Counted from the first letter of the stretch, positions 39,756-49,926 are shown. The stretch is 64,000 bases of DNA from Methylobacter sp. (GCF_004322395.1 NZ_SCTW01000078.1:7790-71789); one strand, 5' to 3'. Notes: generated by a model not told the origin, from the sequence alone. Made by a program: numbers and translations.

Positions 39756-41318
39756 TTATTTTGCCGGTTCGACTTTAATCGGAATCTTGATCGGAATGCC
39801 GCCGGTTCGTTGCGGCTTCTTGTTGCCGCCAAACAAATTGGTATCATTGTTGCCCGTCGAACATCCGCTGCCAAAACTGAATCCGCAGCCGCCTTGCTCG
39901 CCGTAAGCATCGAAAGTTGAGCTTGCGTATTCGCGATGACTGCTTGGAATCACAAAGCGATCTTCGTAATTGGCAATCGCCATGTAGCGGTACATTTCTT
40001 CAACCTGTAACTGGGTCAAACCGACTCTCTCCAATACCTCGGTATTGGCCGTGCCATCGACGGTAAGGCTGCGCATATAAGCCCGCATCGCCAGCATCCG
40101 TTCCAGTCCCAACACGACGGGCTCCTCTTTACCTGCTGTCAGTAAGTTGGCCAAATACTGCACCGGAATACGCAATGAACGCACATCGGGAATATCGCCA
40201 TCCATACCGATTTGGTCGCTTTCCGCCGCCGATTGAATCGGCGATAGCGGCGGCACATACCAAACCATCGGCAAGGTGCGGAACTCGGGATGCAATGGAA
40301 ACGCGACTTTCCAGTCTATCGCCATTTTATAAACCGGCGACTCTTTTGCTGCTGTTAACCAGGATTCGGGGATACCAGCTGCTCGTGCATCGGCTATGAC
40401 TTCTTCATCGAAAGGATCTAGGAAAACACCTAGCTGTTGTTGATACAAATCCTGTTCGTTCTCGCAACTGGCCGCCTCTTCGATACGGTCGGCGTCGTAC
40501 AGCAATACGCCTAGATAACGAATCCGCCCGACGCAGGTTTCAGAACACACCGTAGGCTCCCCGGCTTCGATACGCGGGTAGCAGAACGTGCACTTTTCCG
40601 ATTTCCCGGTTTCCCAGTTGTAATAGATTTTTTTGTATGGACAGGCGGAAACGCACATCCGCCAGCCGCGGCATTTGTCCTGATCGATCAGCACAATGCC
40701 GTCTTCTTCGCGCTTGTAGATCGAGCCGCTGGGGCAGGCCGCAACGCAGGTCGGGTTAAGACAGTGCTCGCACAACCTCGGCAAATACATCATGAAGGTG
40801 TTTTCAAATTCACCGTACATGTCTTTTTGGATGTTGTCGAAGTTGGTATCGCGCGAACGTGATGAAAACTCGGTGCCGAGGATTTCCTCCCAGTTCGGGC
40901 CGCCTTCGATTTTTTCGATGCGCTCGCCGGTAATGACCGAATAAGGACGCGCAGTCGGCGGCGTTTTGGATTCCTTGGCAGTATGTAAATGCTGGTAATC
41001 GAAATCGAACGGTTCGTAATAATCGTCGATTGCAGGCAAATCGGGGTTGCCGAAAATGTTGCGTAATATCTGGCGCTTGCCGCCTTGGCGCGGTTCTATC
41101 TTGCCGTTGATTTTACGCACCCAGCCGCCGTTCCATTTATCCTGGTTTTCCCACTGCTGCGGAAAACCTACGCCCGGCTTGGTTTCGACATTATTAAACC
41201 ACGCATATTCAACCCCTTTACGCGAAGTCCAGACGTTTTTGCAAGTAATGGAGCAAGTGTGACAGCCGATGCACTTGTCCAGGTTTAGCACCATGCCTAT
41301 TTGTGCGCGAATTTTCAT
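39756..41318 (-). CDS. narH: Respiratory nitrate reductase beta subunit
   Basis: MKIRAQIGMVLNLDKCIGCHTCS, CEHCLNPTC, CRGWRMC, CTFCYPRIE. Confidence 0.97.
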   Translation of the reverse strand: MKIRAQIGMVLNLDKCIGCHTCSITCKNVWTSRKGVEYAWFNNVETKPGVGFPQQWENQDKWNGGWVRKINGKIEPRQGGKRQILRNIFGNPDLPAIDDYYEPFDFDYQHLHTAKESKTPPTARPYSVITGERIEKIEGGPNWEEILGTEFSSRSRDTNFDNIQKDMYGEFENTFMMYLPRLCEHCLNPTCVAACPSGSIYKREEDGIVLIDQDKCRGWRMCVSACPYKKIYYNWETGKSEKCTFCYPRIEAGEPTVCSETCVGRIRYLGVLLYDADRIEEAASCENEQDLYQQQLGVFLDPFDEEVIADARAAGIPESWLTAAKESPVYKMAIDWKVAFPLHPEFRTLPMVWYVPPLSPIQSAAESDQIGMDGDIPDVRSLRIPVQYLANLLTAGKEEPVVLGLERMLAMRAYMRSLTVDGTANTEVLERVGLTQLQVEEMYRYMAIANYEDRFVIPSSHREYASSTFDAYGEQGGCGFSFGSGCSTGNNDTNLFGGNKKPQRTGGIPIKIPIKVEPAK

Positions 41319-44300
41319 TGTTCGTCTCCCGATGCAGCTTGCTCAGTTGAAATACCACCAACTTCGTCACCCCCCTTTGAAAAAGGGGGGTTAGGGGGGA
41401 TTTGCTCTTCCAACCAATCCACTTTGCTCATCTTGCGCACAATCACAAACTCGTCGCGATTCGATCCCACCGTGCCGTAATAGTTAAAGCCGTAACTTTG
41501 CTGGGCGTAACCGCCGATCATGTGCGTCGGTTTAAGCGTCGCTCGAGTCACCGAGTTATGGATGCCGCCGCGCGCGCCGGTCGTTTCCGAACCCGGCACA
41601 TTGACGATCTTTTCCTGGGCGTGATACATCATGCACATGCCTTCGGGAACACGCTGGCTGACGACCGCCCGAGCGACCAGCGCGCCGTTGACGTTATAAG
41701 CTTCGATCCAATCGTTGTCCTTAATGCCGACTTTCGCCGCATCGATTTCGCCCATCCATACAATCGGCCCGCCGCGCGACAAAGTCAGCATCAGCAAGTT
41801 GTCAGTGTAAGTGCTGTGTATGCCCCATTTCTGGTGCGGGGTAATGAAGTTCAATACCAGCTCGTCATTGCCGTTGGGCTTTTGCCCCAGAATCGGCGCA
41901 ATGGAGCGGGTATCGACAGGCGGTTTATAGACGCACAAAGTCTCGCCGAACGCCCGCATCCAGCTATGATCCTGGTAAAACTGCTGGCGTCCGGTCAGCG
42001 TGCGCCACGGAATCCGCTCGTGGACATTAGTGTAACAGGCGTTGTAGCAGACATGCTCGGATTCCAGGCCGCTCCAGGTCGGCGACGAGATAATCTTGCG
42101 CGGCTGCGCCTGCACATCGTGGAAACGGATTTTGTCGTCTTCGCGCGGCCGCGCCAGATGGGTGTGATCACGCCCGGTGGCTTTGCTTAGGGCATCCCAG
42201 GCTTTAACCGCGACATGGCCGTTGGTTTCCGGCGCCAGCATCAGGATGACTTCGGTCGCATCGATATCGGATTCGATACGCGGCAGGCCTTTGCTGATGC
42301 CTTCATCGGTCACCAGCCGGTTCAACTCGCCCAGTTGCTTGACTTCGGTCTCGGTGTTCCAGCTTATCCCTTTACCGCCGTTGCCGATTTTGCTCATCAA
42401 CGGGCCCAGCGAGGTATACATCTTGTAGGTGTTCGGGTAATCGCGCTCGACCACCACCAGCGTCGGCATGGTTTTACCGGGAATCGGGTCGCATTGCTTT
42501 TTCTTCCAGTCTTTGACTTCCAGCGGCTGGGCCAGCTCTGCCGGTGTGTCATGCAGGATCGGCACGGCGACTATATCTTTTTCCACGCCCAAATGCCCTA
42601 CGGTCAATTCCGAGAATTTTTTGGCGATGCCTTTGTAAATGTCCCAATCGGAACGCGACTCCCAAGCCGGGTCAACGGCCTTGGACAAGGGATGGATGAA
42701 CGGGTGCATATCCGAAGTATTCAGGTCGTTTTTCTCGTACCAGGTTGCGGTCGGCAAAATAATGTCCGAATACAAGCAGGTCGTGGACATCCGAAAATCC
42801 AGCGTGACCAGTAAATCGAGTTTGCCTTCTGCGGCGGTATCGTGCCATTCGACTTCCGAAGGCTTGTCGCCGCTATCGCCCAAATCCTTGCCCTGCAAGC
42901 CGTGTTGCGTACCCAGCAGATATTTCAGAAAGTATTCGTGGCCTTTGCCGGAGGAACCCAGCAAATTGGAGCGCCATACAAACATATTACGCGGAAAGTT
43001 TTGCGGGTTGTCAGGATCTTCGCAGGACATCTTCAGTTTGCCGCTTTTGAGCGATTTTACGACATATTCAATCGGGTCTTTTTTAGCTTTTTCCGCATCC
43101 CTGACCACCTGCAACGGGTTGGTTTGCAATTGCGGCGCGGACGGCAACCAGCCCATGCGCTCGGAACGTACGTTAAAATCGATCAGGCTGCCCTGCCAGT
43201 CTTTCGGCTTTGCCAGCGGCGATAAAATTTCGTTAACTTTGAGTTTTTCGTAACGCCATTGGCTGGTGTGATTATAAAAAAACGAGGTGCTGTTCATTTG
43301 GCGTGGCGGACGCTTCCAATCCAGGCCGAACGCCAGCGGCAGCCAGCCGGTTTGCGGGCGCAGTTTTTCCTGTCCGACATAATGCGCCCAACCGCCGCCG
43401 GACTGCCCGACGCAACCGCACAGCATCAGCATGTTCATGATGCCGCGGTAGTTCATGTCCATGTGATACCAGTGATTGATGCCCGCACCCAGAATAACCA
43501 TTGAGCGGCCTTGGGTTTTTTCGGCGTTTCTCGCAAATTCCCGCGCTACTGCAATCACATTTTGCCGTTTAACGCCGGTGATTTTTTCCTGCCACGCGGG
43601 TGTATACGGCACATCTTCATCATAAGACGCAGCGACACTACCGCCACCCAAGCCGCGATCTATGCCGTAATTGGCGACCAGCAGATCGAATACCGTAGTC
43701 GCCCATACCTCGGTACCGTCGGCCAAGGTGATTTTTTTAACCGGCACATTTCGCTTTTGAATCGCATCATGGGCGGAATGGGTGAAGTGTGGATGCTCGG
43801 AACCGCCGAAATACGGAAAGCCGACGCTGGCGACATCGTCTTTAATATCGATCAAGCTCAAGCGCAAACGCACTTCCTGATTGTCTACGGTTTTTTGTTC
43901 GATGTTCCAATGCCCGCTTTCGCCCCAGCGGAAACCGATAGAACCGCATGGCGGAACTATGTGGCCGTTGATTTCATCATAGGCGACGGTTTTCCAGTCG
44001 GGGTTGTTGTCTTGCCCCAACTGGCCTAAAAAGTCCGAGGCCCTGAAAAACCGGTCTTGCACATAGCAGCCGTCTTGTTCCTTCAGCATAACCAGAAACG
44101 GCAAATCGGTATTTTCACGCACATATTGATTAAAATATGGGCTTTGCCGCTCGACATGGAATTCCTTGAGAATCACATGGCCTATCGCCATCGCCAACGC
44201 GGCATCGGTGCCTTGCTTCGGATGCAGCCACAGGTCGGCAAACTTGCTCGCTTCCGAATAATCGGAGCTTACGACTACGATTTTCGCGCCTTTATAGCGG

Positions 44301-45109
44301 GCTTCGGTCATGAAATGGGCGTCGGGAGTGCGGGTTTGCGGCACATTCGATCCCCACAGCATCAAGAATCCTGCGTTATACCAGTCCGCCGATTCGGGCA
44401 CGTCGGTTTGCTCGCCCCAGGTTTGCGGCGATGAAGGCGGCAAATCGCAATACCAGTCGTAAAAACTCATGCTGACTCCGCCGATCAGCGACAGATAACG
44501 GCTACCGGCCGCATAAGACACCATCGACATTGCCGGGATTGGAGAAAAGCCGATAATCCGGTCGGGGCCGAAGGTTTTGGCCGTGTAAATATTGGCGGCT
44601 GCGATGATTTCGTTGACTTCCTCCCAATTGGCCCGAACCAAACCGCCCAAGCCGCGTACTGATTTGTATTCTGCGGTTTTGGCCGGATCTTCGACTATCG
44701 ACGCCCAGGCATCAACCGGGTCTAAAGTCAGTCTGGCCTCTCGCCATAATCTGACCAAGCGGCCGCGTATCAGCGGATATTTAAGGCGGTTGGCGCTGTA
44801 TAAATACCAGGAATAACTTGCGCCGCGAGGACAGCCGCGTGGTTCATGATTGGGCAGATCGGGACGGGTGCGCGGGTAATCGGTTTGCTGGGTTTCCCAG
44901 GTCACCAGTCCGTTTTTAACGTAGATTTTCCAACTGCAAGAACCCGTGCAATTGACGCCGTGCGTGGATCGCACGATTTTGTCGTGTTGCCAGCGCGATC
45001 GGTAGCTGTTCTCCCAGCTTCGATCTTCATTGGTCACCACACCGTGATTACCGGAGAAGGTATCTACTTTTTTCTTGAAAAACAGTAAGCGGTCCAGGAA
45101 ATGGCTCAT
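41315..45109 (-). CDS. narG: Respiratory nitrate reductase alpha subunit
   Basis: MSHFLDRL, STHGVNCTGSCSW, EPRGCPRG, SFYDWYCDLP, MMYHAQE; no Tat signal. Confidence 0.97.
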   Translation of the reverse strand: MSHFLDRLLFFKKKVDTFSGNHGVVTNEDRSWENSYRSRWQHDKIVRSTHGVNCTGSCSWKIYVKNGLVTWETQQTDYPRTRPDLPNHEPRGCPRGASYSWYLYSANRLKYPLIRGRLVRLWREARLTLDPVDAWASIVEDPAKTAEYKSVRGLGGLVRANWEEVNEIIAAANIYTAKTFGPDRIIGFSPIPAMSMVSYAAGSRYLSLIGGVSMSFYDWYCDLPPSSPQTWGEQTDVPESADWYNAGFLMLWGSNVPQTRTPDAHFMTEARYKGAKIVVVSSDYSEASKFADLWLHPKQGTDAALAMAIGHVILKEFHVERQSPYFNQYVRENTDLPFLVMLKEQDGCYVQDRFFRASDFLGQLGQDNNPDWKTVAYDEINGHIVPPCGSIGFRWGESGHWNIEQKTVDNQEVRLRLSLIDIKDDVASVGFPYFGGSEHPHFTHSAHDAIQKRNVPVKKITLADGTEVWATTVFDLLVANYGIDRGLGGGSVAASYDEDVPYTPAWQEKITGVKRQNVIAVAREFARNAEKTQGRSMVILGAGINHWYHMDMNYRGIMNMLMLCGCVGQSGGGWAHYVGQEKLRPQTGWLPLAFGLDWKRPPRQMNSTSFFYNHTSQWRYEKLKVNEILSPLAKPKDWQGSLIDFNVRSERMGWLPSAPQLQTNPLQVVRDAEKAKKDPIEYVVKSLKSGKLKMSCEDPDNPQNFPRNMFVWRSNLLGSSGKGHEYFLKYLLGTQHGLQGKDLGDSGDKPSEVEWHDTAAEGKLDLLVTLDFRMSTTCLYSDIILPTATWYEKNDLNTSDMHPFIHPLSKAVDPAWESRSDWDIYKGIAKKFSELTVGHLGVEKDIVAVPILHDTPAELAQPLEVKDWKKKQCDPIPGKTMPTLVVVERDYPNTYKMYTSLGPLMSKIGNGGKGISWNTETEVKQLGELNRLVTDEGISKGLPRIESDIDATEVILMLAPETNGHVAVKAWDALSKATGRDHTHLARPREDDKIRFHDVQAQPRKIISSPTWSGLESEHVCYNACYTNVHERIPWRTLTGRQQFYQDHSWMRAFGETLCVYKPPVDTRSIAPILGQKPNGNDELVLNFITPHQKWGIHSTYTDNLLMLTLSRGGPIVWMGEIDAAKVGIKDNDWIEAYNVNGALVARAVVSQRVPEGMCMMYHAQEKIVNVPGSETTGARGGIHNSVTRATLKPTHMIGGYAQQSYGFNYYGTVGSNRDEFVIVRKMSKVDWLEEQIPPNPPFSKGGDEVGGISTEQAASGDEQ
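41369..41403. repeat. C6T3/A3G6 palindromic repeat in frame within the narG 3' end
   Basis: CCCCCCTTTGAAAAAGGGGGGTTAGGGGGGATTT; 33 bp encode IPPNPPFSKGG in NarG. Confidence 0.75.
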
Positions 45110-45126
45110 AAGATTTACCTATATAT

Positions 45127-45203
45127 GTAGGGCAATCCCTTGTGGTTGCCCTTAGTGTTTGGCGTTTGTTTTGTTGGGGCAACCACAAGGGATTTGCCCC
45201 TAC
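45127..45203. repeat. GTAG-footed REP doublet between narK and narG
   Basis: GTAGGGCAATCCCTTGTGGTTGCCC ... GGGCAACCACAAGGGATTTGCCCCTAC; arms differ by two single-base indels. Confidence 0.85.
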
Positions 45204-45209
45204 GTCATT

Positions 45210-47885
45210 TTAACAAGGCATAGCCGCCGTTTTACGCGCATAAAACCACCAAGTGATGCCGATACACGCCAGATAAAACGCAATAAAACAATACAGCGCC
45301 GCATCGGGAGCACCGGTCATGCTGATCGCCGTACCGTAACTTTTGGGAATAAAAAACGCGCCGTAAGCGGCAATCGCTGAGCTAAATCCCAGCACCGCTG
45401 CCGCTTCTTTTGCCGCATCTTTTTTTGCTTTGGCAATCGCTTCTTCGCCCTGCCCTTTTGCCGCACATAAGCGTTCGGTCATAAAGATAACCGGAATCAT
45501 GCGGAACGTAGAACCGTTACCTATGCCGGTGGTGATAAACAACAGCATGAACATCGCAAAAAAGCCCCAGAAATCGCCGGCATTACCCGCCGAAGGCATG
45601 AAATGCAATACGCCGAACACCGCGCAAACCATGATAACGAAATTCCATAACGTCACCTGCGCTCCGCCCAGCTTGTCAGCCAGCCAACCGCCGACCGGTC
45701 TGATTAACGCGCCAACCAGCGGCCCCAAAAAGGCGTACTCAGTCGGGTTGATGTCGGGAAACAGGATTTTGATCAACATCGGGAAACCAGCCGCGTAGCC
45801 GATAAACGAGCCGAATGTTCCGGTATAAAGCCAGCACATCAGCCAGTTATGTCTACGCTTGAAAATGATCGATTGTTCTTTGAACGATGCTTTGGCGGAG
45901 GCTATATCATTCATGCCGAACCACGCTGCGATGCTGGTTGCGATGATAAACGGCACCCAGATAAAACCGGCGTTCTGCAACCAAATGGACTTGGTAATCC
46001 CGTCTTTAACCCACACTTGCGGATCGCCGCCCAATGCACCGAATACGCCCGCTGCAATAACCAAAGGTACTACGAACTGTACGGTACTGACGCCCAAATT
46101 GCCTAAACCGGCATTCAAACCCAGAGCTGTACCTTTTTGAGCTTGAGGATAAAAAAAGCTGATATTCGCCATACTGGAAGCAAAATTGCCACCTCCAAAA
46201 CCACATAATAAAGCCAATACTACCATTAATACATAGGGCGTTTCAGGATTTTGCACCGCGAAACCTATCCATAACGATGGCAACAACAACGAGGCGGTAC
46301 TGATCGTCGTCCAGCGGCGGCCGCCGAAAATAGGCACCATAAAAGAATAGAAAATCCGTAAAGTAGCCCCCGATAAGCCTGGCAATGCCGCCAGCCAGAA
46401 TAATTGGTTAGTAGTGTATTTAAAGCCGATGCTGGGCAGGTTAATCACCACGACGCTCCACACCATCCAGACCGCAAAAGCCAGCAACAATGCGGGGATA
46501 CTGATCCACAGGTTACGGGTCGCAATACGCTTGCCGGTCTTTTCCCAAAAACTTTTATCTTCGGGATTCCAATCTGTGAGCACCAGCGGTGCCGGATGGC
46601 TCAGTTCGTGCAGATCTTTCGATATTTTGGCCAATTCAGGCACCACGCGACGTTCCATCCGCACAATAGAAAAATGCATCCAGGTCAGCGCAGTTGTCAT
46701 CAATACAAACAGCAGCATAAAGCAGCTGCTCCAGATCCCGGTTAAATCGTTCAACATACCGAAGGTCAACGGCAATAAAAAGCCGCCTAAGCCGCCGATC
46801 ATGCCCACCGCGCCGCCGACAGCACCGACATTATCGGGATAATAAACCGGAATATGTTTATAAACCGCCGCCTTGCCGAATGACATAAACAGGCCCAGCA
46901 CGGCGACCAAGAAGATGAAACCTGTCGGTTGAATCGCTAAACTGAACGTAATATCGCCCTTAATACCGTGCACAATGTAATCGGTAGGAGGATAGGACAG
47001 GAAGAATGTACAAATAGTGGCGACAATAAATGTCCAATACATCAATAAACGCGCACCGTAGCGGTCGGACAACCAGCCGCCCAGTGCACGAAACAGGCTG
47101 GCGAAAATCGAATACGCCGCAGCCAACATACCGGCCGATTTAATATCGAAACCGTAAGCTCCGACCAGATAACGCGGCAACCACAACGCCAAGGCAACAA
47201 AGGCTCCGAACACACAGAAGTAATACAATGAAAACCGCCAAACCCGCATATCCTTTAGCGGTTCCAGTTGTTTTAAAAACGACTCGGGTTTAACGCCTGC
47301 TTCGCGGCGCTGTTTAAGCATCGGCTCATCGGCGGTAAGAAACCAGAATATTGCCGCCATCAACAACAAACCCGCCGCCCATATTTGCGCTACGGCATGC
47401 CACCCGAACGCGACCATCACAAAAGGCGCAATGAATTTGGTCACCGCAGCGCCGACGTTGCCGAGTCCGAAAATACCTAACGCCGTGCCTTGCTTCTCTT
47501 TAGGGTACCAACGCGAGACATAAGCAATGCCCACAGCAAACGAACCGCCGGCAACGCCGATACCGAGCGCAGCCACTAAGAACATGGTATAGGTCTCAGC
47601 AAGGGTTAGCAGCAAAGTGGCAATAGCGGCCGTCACCATTACCGACGCATAAACGATGCGTCCGCCGTACTGGTCGCTCCAAATGCCCAGCATCAAGCGG
47701 ATTAATGAACCTGAAAGTATCGGTGTGCCGACCAGCAGGCCGAATTCGGTCTCGCTTAACTGTAAGTCTTTCTGGATTTGCAGACCGATGATAGAAAAAA
47801 TAGTCCATACCGCAAAGCAAACGGTGAATGCCACCGTGCTCAAGGTAAGCGCACGTTTTTGTTGGGAGGAATTAATGTCAGACAC
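45210..47885 (-). CDS. narK: Fused NarK1-NarK2 nitrate/nitrite transporter
   Basis: 891 aa with two tandem MFS nitrate-porter domains (GGSFAVG...GLGNVG; GGGNFASSM...GLGNLG; GIGNGSTFRMIP); GTG start with AAGGA RBS. Confidence 0.93.
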   Translation of the reverse strand: MSDINSSQQKRALTLSTVAFTVCFAVWTIFSIIGLQIQKDLQLSETEFGLLVGTPILSGSLIRLMLGIWSDQYGGRIVYASVMVTAAIATLLLTLAETYTMFLVAALGIGVAGGSFAVGIAYVSRWYPKEKQGTALGIFGLGNVGAAVTKFIAPFVMVAFGWHAVAQIWAAGLLLMAAIFWFLTADEPMLKQRREAGVKPESFLKQLEPLKDMRVWRFSLYYFCVFGAFVALALWLPRYLVGAYGFDIKSAGMLAAAYSIFASLFRALGGWLSDRYGARLLMYWTFIVATICTFFLSYPPTDYIVHGIKGDITFSLAIQPTGFIFLVAVLGLFMSFGKAAVYKHIPVYYPDNVGAVGGAVGMIGGLGGFLLPLTFGMLNDLTGIWSSCFMLLFVLMTTALTWMHFSIVRMERRVVPELAKISKDLHELSHPAPLVLTDWNPEDKSFWEKTGKRIATRNLWISIPALLLAFAVWMVWSVVVINLPSIGFKYTTNQLFWLAALPGLSGATLRIFYSFMVPIFGGRRWTTISTASLLLPSLWIGFAVQNPETPYVLMVVLALLCGFGGGNFASSMANISFFYPQAQKGTALGLNAGLGNLGVSTVQFVVPLVIAAGVFGALGGDPQVWVKDGITKSIWLQNAGFIWVPFIIATSIAAWFGMNDIASAKASFKEQSIIFKRRHNWLMCWLYTGTFGSFIGYAAGFPMLIKILFPDINPTEYAFLGPLVGALIRPVGGWLADKLGGAQVTLWNFVIMVCAVFGVLHFMPSAGNAGDFWGFFAMFMLLFITTGIGNGSTFRMIPVIFMTERLCAAKGQGEEAIAKAKKDAAKEAAAVLGFSSAIAAYGAFFIPKSYGTAISMTGAPDAALYCFIAFYLACIGITWWFYARKTAAMPC

Positions 47886-48064
47886 GGTATTTCATCCTTT
47901 TGTTTTTATTGTTATAAGCCCATACACTAACATAAAACACATGACAGGCAACACCATAAAATACAACCTCAACTTATTTATTTAAAATACTCATATATGC
48001 ATGAAAAATAACAAATAGTGCTATACTGAATTGCTGTTTCAATTATAAAAATAAAGGGGGCGTC

Positions 48065-49345
48065 ATGCCGCAGCAACAAAAAAACTCACTAGGTGCTTTA
48101 TCTGTAGCACTGCTTTCACTAGCTGCTGCCAGTAGCCATGTATCCGCCGATGCAACCAAATCAATTGAAGATGCGCTTAAGTTCGGTAATGACGGAGCAG
48201 TCAAGATCGACACTAATTATCGCTATGAAAATGTTAATCAGGATGTCGTTCCTACTCCAACGCTTAATGGTGTGCCTGCCGCATTACAACCAAAAACTGC
48301 TAATGCCAACACCATACGCACCCGCTTAGGCTTGCTTTCACCTGTATTTCACGGCTTGCAAGGCTATGTGGAATACGAAGGCACCCATGTATTGCAATCG
48401 GATTACAATAATGGCCGAGGCAATAAACCCGGATATTCAATTGTCGCGGACCCCGGTTACAATGAACTCAACCAGATGTGGATCAGTTATGCGGGCGTTC
48501 CCGATACGGTTATTAAAGGCGGGCGGCAACGCATCAAGTTTGACGATGACCGTTTTATCGGCAACGTGGGCTGGAGACAGTTGGAAACAACATTTGATTC
48601 AGTGTTAATCACTAATCAATCACTTAAAAATCTGGTTGTTAATGTCGGTTATATCGGTAATGTACAAACCTTCACCTCCACAACCGAGAACATCAATGCG
48701 CCGATACTCAACGCCAACTATAATCTCGGCGGCTACGGCAACTTGATCGGTTACGGCTATTGGCTCGATTATACCGAACTGGAAAACTACCAAAAATCGA
48801 GCCAGACTTACGGCTTACGCTTTATTAATAGCGACAAACCAAAAAAATTCTATGATCACTACAGCCTGCTTTACACGGCCGAATGGAGCATTCAAAAAGA
48901 CTACCAGCATAGCCCGGTTCAATACGAAGCCAACCGCTATAATGTGATGGGCGGCTTTACTGCCTATAACTTCAGCTTCCAAGGCGCTATGGAGCAGCTT
49001 GACGGCTCCGGCCTAAATAAGACTTTTAATACGCCGCTGGGCACCAACCATGCGTTCCAAGGCTGGGCGGATTTATTCCTGGTCACGCCTAATGACGGTA
49101 TCCGCGATGTGTTCGGCACCGTAACAGCAAAATTCATGGACAATGACAGCCTTGTATTATCAGGTATTTATCATGACTTTACCGATGATACCGGGCGCGT
49201 GCATTACGGCAAAGAATGGGATTTTCAGGCCGTCAAAAAATTCGGCAAACATTACTCATTGTTAGCTAAATATGCTAATTACGATGCAGATAGATATTCC
49301 ACCGATACTCAAAAAATATGGGTACAAGGAAATCTTAACTTCTAA
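48065..49345 (+). CDS. Alginate-export-family outer membrane beta-barrel
   Basis: Signal peptide, YRYENVNQD, TIRTRLG, ELNQMW, GNVGWRQ, LGTNHAFQGWADLF, C-terminal Phe. Confidence 0.8.
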   Translation: MPQQQKNSLGALSVALLSLAAASSHVSADATKSIEDALKFGNDGAVKIDTNYRYENVNQDVVPTPTLNGVPAALQPKTANANTIRTRLGLLSPVFHGLQGYVEYEGTHVLQSDYNNGRGNKPGYSIVADPGYNELNQMWISYAGVPDTVIKGGRQRIKFDDDRFIGNVGWRQLETTFDSVLITNQSLKNLVVNVGYIGNVQTFTSTTENINAPILNANYNLGGYGNLIGYGYWLDYTELENYQKSSQTYGLRFINSDKPKKFYDHYSLLYTAEWSIQKDYQHSPVQYEANRYNVMGGFTAYNFSFQGAMEQLDGSGLNKTFNTPLGTNHAFQGWADLFLVTPNDGIRDVFGTVTAKFMDNDSLVLSGIYHDFTDDTGRVHYGKEWDFQAVKKFGKHYSLLAKYANYDADRYSTDTQKIWVQGNLNF

Positions 49346-49369
49346 CGAAATCCGCATTGGCAACAACTT

Positions 49370-49406
49370 GGACTGAAGTAACTAACTATTCATGTTACTT
49401 CAGTCC
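49370..49406 (+). terminator. Hairpin after porin gene
   Basis: Perfect 13-bp inverted repeat GGACTGAAGTAAC/GTTACTTCAGTCC; no strong U-tract. Confidence 0.55.
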
Positions 49407-49542
49407 GTTGCAACCTTCTACAAAACCAAGCAGCCCAATTAATAGAAAAGCTTATATCCTATAGCCTAAAGGATCGGATAGCTTCGCGGCTTTTATCTTT
49501 TCATGTAAAATATTGCGAGTTTAAACTAGGTCGAAATCCATC

Positions 49543-49926
49543 ATGTTTGCAGACAGTTCAATAAAAAAGCTTTTGATCGTCGATGATAGCAAAGTATCGA
49601 GAATGTTAATCCGCACACATATTCTTGCCCGACATCCCGAATGGATAATTTCTGAAGCAGCCTGCGGCGAAGAGGCTATTGCCCTTGTCGATAGTGAGCT
49701 CCCCGACTACTGCACCATGGACATTAACATGCCGGGTATTTCAGGAACCGATGCAGCGGAACAGATACTGTCCCAACACCCGTCAGTAAAAATCGTTATT
49801 TTCACGGCAAACATCCAAGAAACACACCAAGTCCGCGCCCATTCGCTGGGAACTATATTAGTTGCAAAACCGGTCACGGAAAAATCAATCGCTCTGACGC
49901 TAAACCATTTTAAAGATTCAGAATGA
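49543..49926 (+). CDS. Single-domain response regulator (CheY-like)
   Basis: IVDD, TMDINMP (phospho-Asp), FTAN, AKP. Confidence 0.88.
   Translation: MFADSSIKKLLIVDDSKVSRMLIRTHILARHPEWIISEAACGEEAIALVDSELPDYCTMDINMPGISGTDAAEQILSQHPSVKIVIFTANIQETHQVRAHSLGTILVAKPVTEKSIALTLNHFKDSE

Noticed and set aside
41402-45088. Long antisense ORFs opposite narG, and similar ones opposite other large genes
   Set aside because: Expected shadow ORFs from codon bias; no motifs of their own.
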